Assembly (NCBI GenBank): GCA_044340255.1
Contig: JBIITX010000001.1
Coordinates: forward strand, 132,138-196,137
Direction: 5' to 3'
Length of the DNA stretch: 64,000 nucleotides
Origin: Bryobacter sp.
GTDB taxonomy: Bacteria > Acidobacteriota > Terriglobia > Bryobacterales > Bryobacteraceae
Numbering within the stretch: position 1 is the stretch's first letter; every line of letters starts with the position of its first letter. Below the pieces are notes generated by a model. That model searched no databases. It had not been told where the DNA came from and saw only the letters and a list, made by a program, of their open reading frames with translations. Shown here in pieces: positions 28,289 to 36,000 of the stretch. The translations under genes and the position numbers were made by a program.

Positions 28289-28371
28289 TTTGCTAGATTA
28301 GAAGGTCTAAACGTCTCCCCGTCTGAGCGCTTCTTTCCCTTGTCGGAAACCCACAAGGAGCGCAACAATTC

Positions 28372-29790
28372 ATGACAGCAATGTTTTGGCCGGTGGTCAT
28401 CTTTATGGCCATCTCTCTGGCTATTGGCCTTTATACGTACACGCAGGTGCGAGGGTCGAGCGAACGATATACGGTGTGCGGGAAGTCGATGCCGTTTCTG
28501 GTCGTCGGCACTGCGTTGCTGGCGCAAGCGGTGGATGGGAACGCGACGCTCGGGAATGTTTCGCTGGTTTGGAGTACCAATGTCTGGGGAGGGTTGCTGA
28601 TTCCGTTGGGGCTGGCGGTGAGTCTGGTGCTGGTTGGTAAGTTTCTGGCGGCACCGCTCAACGAGATGGACCTGATGACGTTGCCGGAGTTCTTCTATCG
28701 GCGCTACAGCAAAAAGACAGAGCTGCTGGTGAGTTTCATTACGCTGACCTGCTTTACCGTGCTGATTGCCGGGAACCTGAGTGCGGTGGCCTGGATTTTG
28801 AGTGTGGTGAGTGGCATGAGTTATGGGCAGGCGCTGGTGATTGGCACGGCGGTGATTCTGGCCTATACGATGGCCGGGGGGCTTTACTCTGCGATCTGGA
28901 CGGACTTCTTTCAGATTCATGTGGCCTTGATTGGGTTTGTGGCGGCGGCGGTCTGGCTGGTGTTGCAGTACGGCACCGCGCCGATGACGGCGGCGGTTGA
29001 CGCGGGGAAACTGGACCTGGCGGCGATCACAAAGTTGTCGGCCGGGGCACTGCCGAACTGGGCGAACTTTCTTTCGCTCGCGATCGGGAACGCCATGGCA
29101 CTCGACTTTATGGAGCGCGTGTTTAGCGCCCAGAGCGGGAAGACGGCGAGCAATGCCTGTTACTACGCGGCGGGGTTGACGTTAGTGGTTGGCGCTTGTG
29201 CGACCTTGATGGGCCTGTACAGTGTGAGCCTGGTGCCGAAGATCGATGATGCGCGGATGGTGTTGCCGACACTGGCCAATGGGGTGCTGCCGTTCTGGAT
29301 GGGCGTGATGGTGTTTATCGGAGTGCTGGGGGCGTCGATGTCGACGGCCAACGGGGCGATGCTGGTGATGAGTGTGGTGGCGGCGCGGAACCTGTTTGAG
29401 CGCTACCGCGAGACGCCGGTGAGCGACGGGCAGATGTTGACTCTATCGAGGCTGATGGCGATCCCGACGGCGATGATTGCCTGCCTGATGGCTTACTGGA
29501 AACCGGAGCCGGGAATCCTGCTGGTGATTGCCTTTGACATTGTGTTTGCGGGCTGTGTGGTGCCGTTGTTCTATGGCGTGCACTCGAAGCGGGCGACGAG
29601 TGAGGCGGCGATTACGGCGATTCTGGTGGGTACGTTGAGTCGGCTGGTGGCGCACTTTGTGACACCGGCGGAATGGGCTGGCCTGGATACGCTGGTGCCG
29701 CCTGTGTTGAGTTGGTTGGCGTTTGTGGTGATGATGCGATTTGGCCGGACGGTAGAGGTAAGACAAACCGTTGCGGCCCATGGAGACTAA
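28372..29790 (+). CDS. Sodium:solute symporter (SSS family)
   Basis: About 13 hydrophobic segments; YTMAGGLYSAIWTDFFQ, GASMSTANG. Confidence 0.88.
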   Translation: MTAMFWPVVIFMAISLAIGLYTYTQVRGSSERYTVCGKSMPFLVVGTALLAQAVDGNATLGNVSLVWSTNVWGGLLIPLGLAVSLVLVGKFLAAPLNEMDLMTLPEFFYRRYSKKTELLVSFITLTCFTVLIAGNLSAVAWILSVVSGMSYGQALVIGTAVILAYTMAGGLYSAIWTDFFQIHVALIGFVAAAVWLVLQYGTAPMTAAVDAGKLDLAAITKLSAGALPNWANFLSLAIGNAMALDFMERVFSAQSGKTASNACYYAAGLTLVVGACATLMGLYSVSLVPKIDDARMVLPTLANGVLPFWMGVMVFIGVLGASMSTANGAMLVMSVVAARNLFERYRETPVSDGQMLTLSRLMAIPTAMIACLMAYWKPEPGILLVIAFDIVFAGCVVPLFYGVHSKRATSEAAITAILVGTLSRLVAHFVTPAEWAGLDTLVPPVLSWLAFVVMMRFGRTVEVRQTVAAHGD

Positions 29791-29794
29791 GAGG

Positions 29795-30814
29795 ATGAAC
29801 ATGAGATTGGCTTCGTTTGTATTAGCTGGCGCGGTGCTGTTTGGGCAAGAGCAGCCGGCTCCGAAGAAGAAGGGTCCTGGGGGCCCGAGAGTGGTGAGAC
29901 CGGGTATCAGTACTCCTGGTGTTAAACGCGGAATGGACACGATCCAGCCTGTGGCAGAGATCAGCGTACCGGGAGTACCAGACTGGCAAGTGGTAACGAA
30001 AGATGCGCTGTGGGTTTCTAACGGACCGAAGAACACGGTGCACCGAATTGACGCGAAAACGAGTCAGGTGGTGGCGGTGGTGGAGGTCGGGCCGCGGCCT
30101 TGTTCTGGACTGACGGCGGGCTTTGGCAGCGTTTGGGTTCCTTTGTGCGGCGAGCGTGGCACGGGCAAAGGCAAGGGCCTAGCGCGTGTTGACATGAAGA
30201 CGAACAAGGTGATTGCGACGATCCCGATCGGGCCGGCCGACAGCGAGGGCGGGGTGACGGTGAGCAAGGATTCCGTTTGGATTGTTAGTGATACGAAGGG
30301 AGTGCTGACGCGGATTGACCCGAAGACGAACCAGATGAAGGCCGAGATTGCGGTGCCTGCCGGCAGCGTTGCTGTGGAGTTTAGCGAGGGGGCGGTGTGG
30401 GTAACGGCGAACAAGCGCGGCAAACTGGTGAAGGTGGATGCCAAGAAGAACACGGTGCTGAAGGAGATTGAGGTGGGGCCGCAGCCGCGCTTTTTGACGG
30501 CGGGCGGAGGTAGTATTTGGACGGTGAACCAGGGCGACGGCACAGTGACCCGTGTAAACGCAAAAACGGACGCTATTGAGGCCAAGATCGAGGCAGGCAT
30601 CCCAGGGGGTGGCGGGGAGGTGAGCTTCGGTGGTGGCGGTTTGTGGGTGACGGTTTTTGACATCCCGATCACTTTTATCGACGCTAAGACGAACCAAGTG
30701 ACCAAGCAGTGGGTGGGGCCGGGAGGCGACGCCATACGCTATGGTCATATGTCCATTTGGTTATCCAATTTGAGGCAGCAAAATCTGTGGAGGATCGATC
30801 CCAGTAAACTTTGA
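29795..30814 (+). CDS. Secreted beta-propeller protein (Vgb/YncE-like)
   Basis: Signal peptide; repeated G.GS+W+ / +.RIDPKTN.+.A.I motifs. Confidence 0.75.
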   Translation: MNMRLASFVLAGAVLFGQEQPAPKKKGPGGPRVVRPGISTPGVKRGMDTIQPVAEISVPGVPDWQVVTKDALWVSNGPKNTVHRIDAKTSQVVAVVEVGPRPCSGLTAGFGSVWVPLCGERGTGKGKGLARVDMKTNKVIATIPIGPADSEGGVTVSKDSVWIVSDTKGVLTRIDPKTNQMKAEIAVPAGSVAVEFSEGAVWVTANKRGKLVKVDAKKNTVLKEIEVGPQPRFLTAGGGSIWTVNQGDGTVTRVNAKTDAIEAKIEAGIPGGGGEVSFGGGGLWVTVFDIPITFIDAKTNQVTKQWVGPGGDAIRYGHMSIWLSNLRQQNLWRIDPSKL

Positions 30815-30921
30815 AGTCAGGGCTGGTACTGATTTCGTCTCACTGAAACTACTTAGTACTTTAAAAAAATAATCTGAGAAATGATCCAATCTGTTTTTCA
30901 AAGACGCTAGTAGCATTAGAT

Positions 30922-31155
30922 ATGTCCAACCAACGACCCGTTCGCGCCGACGTACAGGCGCTGTCCGGATTGCTCAGGCAATTCGACAATCAACTGAAGG
31001 AACAAGGCCGCACAGAGGAAAGAGGTATTGTGCTGGATGCACTGCAAAAGTTAGAAGCCTCGCCAGCTTCCCTTTTGAAGAGCGCCAGCGAATCTTCAAT
31101 CCACCAGCGTACGGTCCTAGCGAGCACGAAGCATAATAAGGCATCGGCCGCTTAG
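30922..31155 (+). CDS. Small orphan hypothetical protein
   Basis: 77-aa ORF after an AT-rich spacer and before a terminator; no recognisable motif. Confidence 0.4.
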   Translation: MSNQRPVRADVQALSGLLRQFDNQLKEQGRTEERGIVLDALQKLEASPASLLKSASESSIHQRTVLASTKHNKASAA

Positions 31156-31253
31156 TTTCTTCTTTATTTACCCCGGAGGGCAGAGCGGTACCCATGGTAC
31201 TGTAACTGCCCTTTTCCATTTTTGGAAGGCGATTTTAAATTTCAAAGAACGAG

Positions 31254-31272
31254 AGGCCCGTGGGCCTTTTTT
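31254..31272 (+). terminator. Intrinsic terminator
   Basis: AGGCC-CGTG-GGCCT followed by T-run. Confidence 0.6.
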
Positions 31273-31292
31273 GCATTTTGGGTTCGTTTTTT

Positions 31293-31964
31293 CTAGCGGC
31301 CTTGCTGGCGGGCGAGCTCGGCGATTTGGGTGGCGGTGACGTGGGGGACGCCGTTTGGCTTCGTTTGGTTTTCGACGATAGAGCGGGCCTCGGGGGTGGT
31401 GTTGAGGGCCATCATGGCGAGGACGAAGGGGGACGTTTGGCTTTGTTTGGTTTTTCGCATTTCGGCGACGGGTAGGGTGAGGGGTAGGGGGACTTTTTTC
31501 TCGAGCAGGTAGAGCTCGTTGTGGATGTCGAGGGCGGAGATGCGGTCCCGCTGGAGGCGGCGGAGCTCGTTGAGGGCTTTGTCGGCGCGGCGTTCGAGCA
31601 TGCCGGTGATTTTGACCATGCGTTCCATTTGGGCGAAGTACTTTTCGTCGCCGGGGTTGTCGAGGTAGTTGTCTTGCGCTTCGACTTCGAGGCGCTGGGC
31701 GCGCATGACCTGGTAGGTGTTGAAGGCGTATCTCAGGAATGCCTGGTGTTCGAGCTCAGAGCCGGGGAGGCATTCTTTGAGGAGATTGTTTTCGAGTTCT
31801 TCGTAGTCGCGCTGTTCGGCTTCGGTGAAGTAGGCGCCGGAGGCGGAGAGCAGGCCATGACGGCGGGCATTGGCTGAAGATTTGGCCTTGCCTTCTTCGG
31901 TCTTGGGACCGGTTGATTGTTGCGCATTAGCGCGGTTTGCATCGATCTGAGCTTGGGTCGACAT
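31293..31964 (-). CDS. Uncharacterised protein with N-terminal ANRANAQ.STGPKT motif
   Basis: MSTQAQIDANRANAQQSTGPKTEEGKAKSSANARRHGL. Confidence 0.8.
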   Translation of the reverse strand: MSTQAQIDANRANAQQSTGPKTEEGKAKSSANARRHGLLSASGAYFTEAEQRDYEELENNLLKECLPGSELEHQAFLRYAFNTYQVMRAQRLEVEAQDNYLDNPGDEKYFAQMERMVKITGMLERRADKALNELRRLQRDRISALDIHNELYLLEKKVPLPLTLPVAEMRKTKQSQTSPFVLAMMALNTTPEARSIVENQTKPNGVPHVTATQIAELARQQGR

Positions 31965-32116
31965 ATTGAAAATCCTTAGGTTGAAATTTTGACGGAGACA
32001 TAGGAGTGACTCCGGGGACAAGCTACCAAATGGAAATGCGAATCCGAACCATGGGTTTGTGTAAGTGATTGAGGGGTGGGGAGATTTAGGTACAAAATCG
32101 CTTGGAATCCTCTGGA

Positions 32117-32150
32117 CTTGGGGCCAAGTTCCGAGTAGCGTGATCCAGCC
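32117..32150 (+). repeat. Partial copy of degenerate repeat also at 38108-38204 and 38345-38450
   Basis: CTTGGGGCCAAGTTCCGAGTAG matches CTTGGGGCCAACTTCCGACTAG (38419-38440) at 20/22 nt, then CGTGAT in both. Confidence 0.7.
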
Positions 32151-32237
32151 AGAGAGCCTGCTAAGACTGGTAGAATCCTTCCTGGCCGGAGGGATGCACA
32201 GGCAAAACGGAGGGATTAGAATTCAGTGGAGGATTGC

Positions 32238-32459
32238 ATGGAAATCACAACTCCAGACTCGATTTCGATTGCTGTGGGGCGCGAAGAAGACGGCCGGTTG
32301 TGGGCTGATATCGAGGCGATGCCAGGCGTGATGGCATAGGGTGCCAGCCGGGAGTCGGCGATTGCCGCTGTCCGGGCACTTGCGCTGCGGGTTGCCGCAG
32401 ACTGCATCGATCATGGCGAAGTGATTCCCGAAGCATTCGTGTGCACGGGTAGTTATTGA
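32238..32459 (+). pseudogene. HicB-like antitoxin interrupted by an in-frame TAG
   Basis: GGAGG RBS; REEDGRLWADIEAMPGVMA*GASRESAIAAVRALALRVAADCIDHGE; TAG at 32337-32339 where Tyr is expected. Confidence 0.8.
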
Positions 32460-32731
32460 TAGTGATAGCGGGCCTGGAGGAAATGGACCGAACGTCCGTC
32501 GACCCGGTAAACCAGCCGATGTTCCTGTGTGATTCGGCGTGACCAGCATCCCGCCAGTTGGTATTTCAGCGGCTCGGGTTTTCCGAGGCCCTGGAAGGGA
32601 TCGCTCAGGACTGCATCCACCAGGTCTAGAATCCGAAGTGCTGTGTTTCGCTCGGTTCGCACCCAGTAGCGGAGGTCCGCAAGGAACTCGGGTTGGAAGG
32701 TAGCGAGGTGCCGACTAGCCTTTTCTTTCAT
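32453..32731 (-). CDS. yoeB: Txe/YoeB-family toxin
   Basis: F...F..DL.YW, DPFQGLGKPEPLKYQLAGCWSRRITQEHRLVY, FLQARYHY. Confidence 0.95.
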   Translation of the reverse strand: MKEKASRHLATFQPEFLADLRYWVRTERNTALRILDLVDAVLSDPFQGLGKPEPLKYQLAGCWSRRITQEHRLVYRVDGRSVHFLQARYHYQ

Positions 32732-33002
32732 CGAGTAGTTCTTTACGCAATGAGTCGGCGGAGAGAGTCTGGCCCTTGCCTTTTTGTGATCTCCGCAGGG
32801 CGGTTAGAAGTCGACGGGCATTTGCTGGAGAACGAAGGAGGTGCGCTGTTTCTATGAGTCCAGCCAGTTCGGCGGCTGGCACCAGAGCGACATCCCGCGC
32901 GCCTTTGCGGCGGACGATGATCGTCTCCTGCTGATCCGTGACCTGATCGAGAACGCTGGCGAGATTTGCGCGCAGGCTTGTGTAAGTGGTCTCCGTTGCC
33001 AT
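32715..33002 (-). CDS. yefM: Phd/YefM-family antitoxin
   Basis: TYTSLRANLASVLDQV, LIETAHLLRSPANARRLL; overlaps yoeB start. Confidence 0.93.
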   Translation of the reverse strand: MATETTYTSLRANLASVLDQVTDQQETIIVRRKGARDVALVPAAELAGLIETAHLLRSPANARRLLTALRRSQKGKGQTLSADSLRKELLDERKG

Positions 33003-33011
33003 CCTGCGACT

Positions 33012-33032
33012 ATTGTACATGTTTTCTGTACG
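33012..33032 (-). promoter_or_regulatory. yefM-yoeB -10 box and operator
   Basis: TACAAT (33017-33012) overlapped by TGTACA (33014-33019), with a second TGTACG 13 bp away; TGTACA is the known YefM operator core. Confidence 0.55.
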
Positions 33033-33316
33033 TAGCTCATGGGTACTGGCGTCTTCCGCTAACGCCCGTTGACACTACCGTGAAGTGAGAGAGTGCTGCA
33101 CCAGCTTGCCGGGGTCTGCAGCAACAGTGCAGCGTGCGAGAGCCTTGTCCAGATGGACGGCAATCCTGGCAAAGGCGACGAGTCGGGTCAATTTTCGAAT
33201 CGGGCGTGATCCGGACGGAAGAAGCTGGAAACTTCCCGCGACTCCGTTTGATGCGAACTTCCGGATTGCCGAAATTCAAGACACGAAGAAATCCACCAGA
33301 TCAGACACTGCTGCGC

Positions 33317-33341
33317 GGTTCGAAATCATGCCGGGGAGCCA
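33317..33341 (+). other. Degenerate tRNA 3'-end fragment (att-like relic, Asn-type acceptor)
   Basis: GGTTCGAAATCATGCCGGGGAGCCA = T-loop + acceptor strand CCGGGGA + G73 + CCA, with no 5' half upstream. Confidence 0.6.
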
Positions 33342-33448
33342 ATCCCAACTGAATTGAAAACACTGAGGTTGACGTTGCCAGTTTGAGTCTACGGAACATG
33401 GGAATTTCGTTTTCAGGTTCGAACCCTACCTGAGGTTTGTCATCATCC

Positions 33449-34306
33449 TCAGTCATCTTCCAGTTCTTCTTCTCGCTCCACGTGACGAAAGAGGTCCTCC
33501 AATGTTTGCCACTCTTTGATGACTGATCCATCTCGATCTCTGACCTGAAGTATTCTCCCCGATTTAAACCCGTCCTCCACTTGTCGCATTACGTCGAGGC
33601 TCCGCTCGACGTAATGCTCAGGCGGGACAGCGAACTTTCTCTGCATGGCTTCAAGGCGAACTGCGTATCGACCAAATGCTGTCAATCGCCTTCCGCCCGA
33701 ACTGTCCGCAACGAATTGCCCAATCGGGACGATGAGAATGCCTTCTTCGGGGCAGTAGATAATTTCAACACCCCACATTTCCTTGAGTGCATCGATTAGG
33801 ACTTTCGCCCCCTCTTGCTGTAACTCGAACCTCGCGAAACGACGTTTGGTCCGATTCTTCAGACGCTTCAAGCCCTCGACGTCCATTCGGTTCTCAAGAG
33901 GAACTTGGACATGTATAGACCGTGCGGCACTGCCAGCCGATTGAGAAGCCTTGGATTCTAGGAACGTCTGGATGACTTCCCAGTAAGTCTGCTTGGATTT
34001 GGCATCGTAAACTGCTAGCACAACGGGCTCCCAGAACTGGCCCCAGTGTTCCGCGTGCTCAGATTTAACCGAGAAACTGAGATGGTCGCCTTCTCTTGCC
34101 ATAAACCTTTCGATGTGGTCGGTGGCTTTTGATTGTATGAAAAACGCAAATGGCGTTGCCGCATTTTCGTCGAAGATTCTGACCAGCATATCCTCGCCGT
34201 AGTCTTCGTCGAGGTCCTCCGTTGTCCATCCTACGCTGGCGAACGCCTCCAGTAGCGCGGCTCGCGCCAAATCTTCGAGAATGTGTTCCCTTGGACGCTT
34301 TGGCAT
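33449..34306 (-). CDS. DUF4365-domain protein (PD-(D/E)xK-like)
   Basis: DYGEDMLVRIF...FFIQSKAT...W....EPVVLAVYD....TYW. Confidence 0.8.
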   Translation of the reverse strand: MPKRPREHILEDLARAALLEAFASVGWTTEDLDEDYGEDMLVRIFDENAATPFAFFIQSKATDHIERFMAREGDHLSFSVKSEHAEHWGQFWEPVVLAVYDAKSKQTYWEVIQTFLESKASQSAGSAARSIHVQVPLENRMDVEGLKRLKNRTKRRFARFELQQEGAKVLIDALKEMWGVEIIYCPEEGILIVPIGQFVADSSGGRRLTAFGRYAVRLEAMQRKFAVPPEHYVERSLDVMRQVEDGFKSGRILQVRDRDGSVIKEWQTLEDLFRHVEREEELEDD

Positions 34307-34916
34307 AAACAGACTGTTTTCGAGATTCGACTAATCTTACCTTGATCGGATTCAGGATGTCCGAAAGAGGAATGATTCTGGTTTCCGAAGTTCCCATCTG
34401 GTTACCCAGCCTGGACACCATTGCGACTATGGACGGTACGACAGCCTGGGCAAAGGAGTTGTCTTGGTTGGAGTGGAGGAGATTTTAAGCCGCGAGAGTT
34501 CTAATTGCGTCCAGTGTGGGGAGCCAACTACTCAAGAACTCCGAAAGTCGATTTTTGCGCGAAATCGGGCCTACTGCATCACTAATGCTGTCGAATTGAA
34601 TTCACCCAGTGGTCTCTCACGAATAGTCGCCGAACCACAAGTTCCTTCAAGTACTGAAACCCATAGGGCCCATCGATGACTTCAATAAGATACTCCATTA
34701 GTCTGTCGTCATGAATCCCGAACCACGCCTACTTAGCGTCTACACGTGAACAAAGGGCATCGTGAATTGAAACTATCGGATCTGGGGGCGGGGGTAAAGC
34801 GTAAGGGCCAGTCCCACTAGTGATTTGTTGGGCAGCCTGTTTAATGGTTATCGGCTTTCGCGAGTTGGTAGACTTATGAAAACACGTTCTTTAGCTTCGT
34901 GACAAGAGAATCCAAA

Positions 34917-35999
34917 ATGAGAGCTCAAAGCCCAAAAAAAGACACCTGCGCCGAATCTGCATTGAGCACTCCGGCATCGGTAGTTGACCTGTTTTGCGGT
35001 GCTGGTGGGCTGTCGCACGGATTTAAAGGAGAGGGGTTTGCTATTGAGGCGGGAATTGATGTTGATGAAGCATGCAGGTTTGCTTTTGAAAGCAACAACG
35101 GGGCGCCGTTCATTCGAAGAGATATCTCCACCCTAAAGCCTTCGGACGTTGAGCGATTGTTCACTCCCGGCAGAAAGCGGGTTTTGGTCGGGTGTGCGCC
35201 ATGCCAGCCGTTTTCGGTGTACAACCAAAAGAACAGTGATCCCAAATGGCGGTTGGTCAATTCGTTTGCCAAATTGATCGAAGCAGTTTTGCCGGATATA
35301 GTTTCCATGGAAAACGTACCGCGCTTGCTGCAATTCAAGGGTGGAAGGACTTTCGCAGGATTCGTGAGGCTCCTTGAGAAGAATGGGTATCACGTGGCGT
35401 GGGGAACCCTGTATGGCCCAGATTTCGGTCTTGCACAAAACAGAACCCGCCTTGTGTTGCTTGCCTCGCGGCTCGGGGAGATTGCGCTTCCCCAGAAGAG
35501 CCATAAAGGAAACTATCGTACAGTTGCAGATGAGATTGGGCATCTGCCCTCAATTAAACACGGTGAAACGAGCATTAGCGATCCACTTCATTGCGCAAGC
35601 AGGCTCTCCGCGACAAATGAGCTTAGAATTAGGGCGGCGAAACCGGGGGGGACATGGCGGGATTGGGATGAAGCCCTTGTTACCTCCTGTCACAAGGAAG
35701 AGTCTGGTAGAGGATATGCGGCTGTTTATGGCCGGATGGAGTGGAAGAAGCCTTCACCGACGATTACGACGCAATTCTATGGCTTTGGTAACGGTCGGTT
35801 TGGTCATCCCCAACAAGATCGAGCGCTATCCCTCCGCGAAGGCGCTTTGCTGCAGAGCTTTCCGCAAACGTACGAATTTGTTCCACCCGGTGAGCGTGTG
35901 CAATTCAAGTTGGTAGGGCGACTAATCGGCAACGCGGTGCCCGTTAGGCTAGCACGCGCCATAGCTCAAGCAGTACGAGTTCACATAGAGAGTAGATAG
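34917..35999 (+). CDS. C5-cytosine DNA methyltransferase
   Basis: Motif I DLFCGAGG, IV GCAPCQPFS, VI MENV, VIII Q.RTR, X IGNAVPV. Confidence 0.96.
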   Translation: MRAQSPKKDTCAESALSTPASVVDLFCGAGGLSHGFKGEGFAIEAGIDVDEACRFAFESNNGAPFIRRDISTLKPSDVERLFTPGRKRVLVGCAPCQPFSVYNQKNSDPKWRLVNSFAKLIEAVLPDIVSMENVPRLLQFKGGRTFAGFVRLLEKNGYHVAWGTLYGPDFGLAQNRTRLVLLASRLGEIALPQKSHKGNYRTVADEIGHLPSIKHGETSISDPLHCASRLSATNELRIRAAKPGGTWRDWDEALVTSCHKEESGRGYAAVYGRMEWKKPSPTITTQFYGFGNGRFGHPQQDRALSLREGALLQSFPQTYEFVPPGERVQFKLVGRLIGNAVPVRLARAIAQAVRVHIESR

Positions 36000-36000
36000 A

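Noticed and set aside
30815-30920. oriC in the AT-rich stretch
   Set aside because: No TTATCCACA-type DnaA-box cluster was seen, and no replication genes are nearby.
33050-33200. attC-like site upstream of yefM (GGCGTTAGCGG on the minus strand)
   Set aside because: Does not match GTTRRRY, and there is no RYYYAAC partner or correct L-box spacing.
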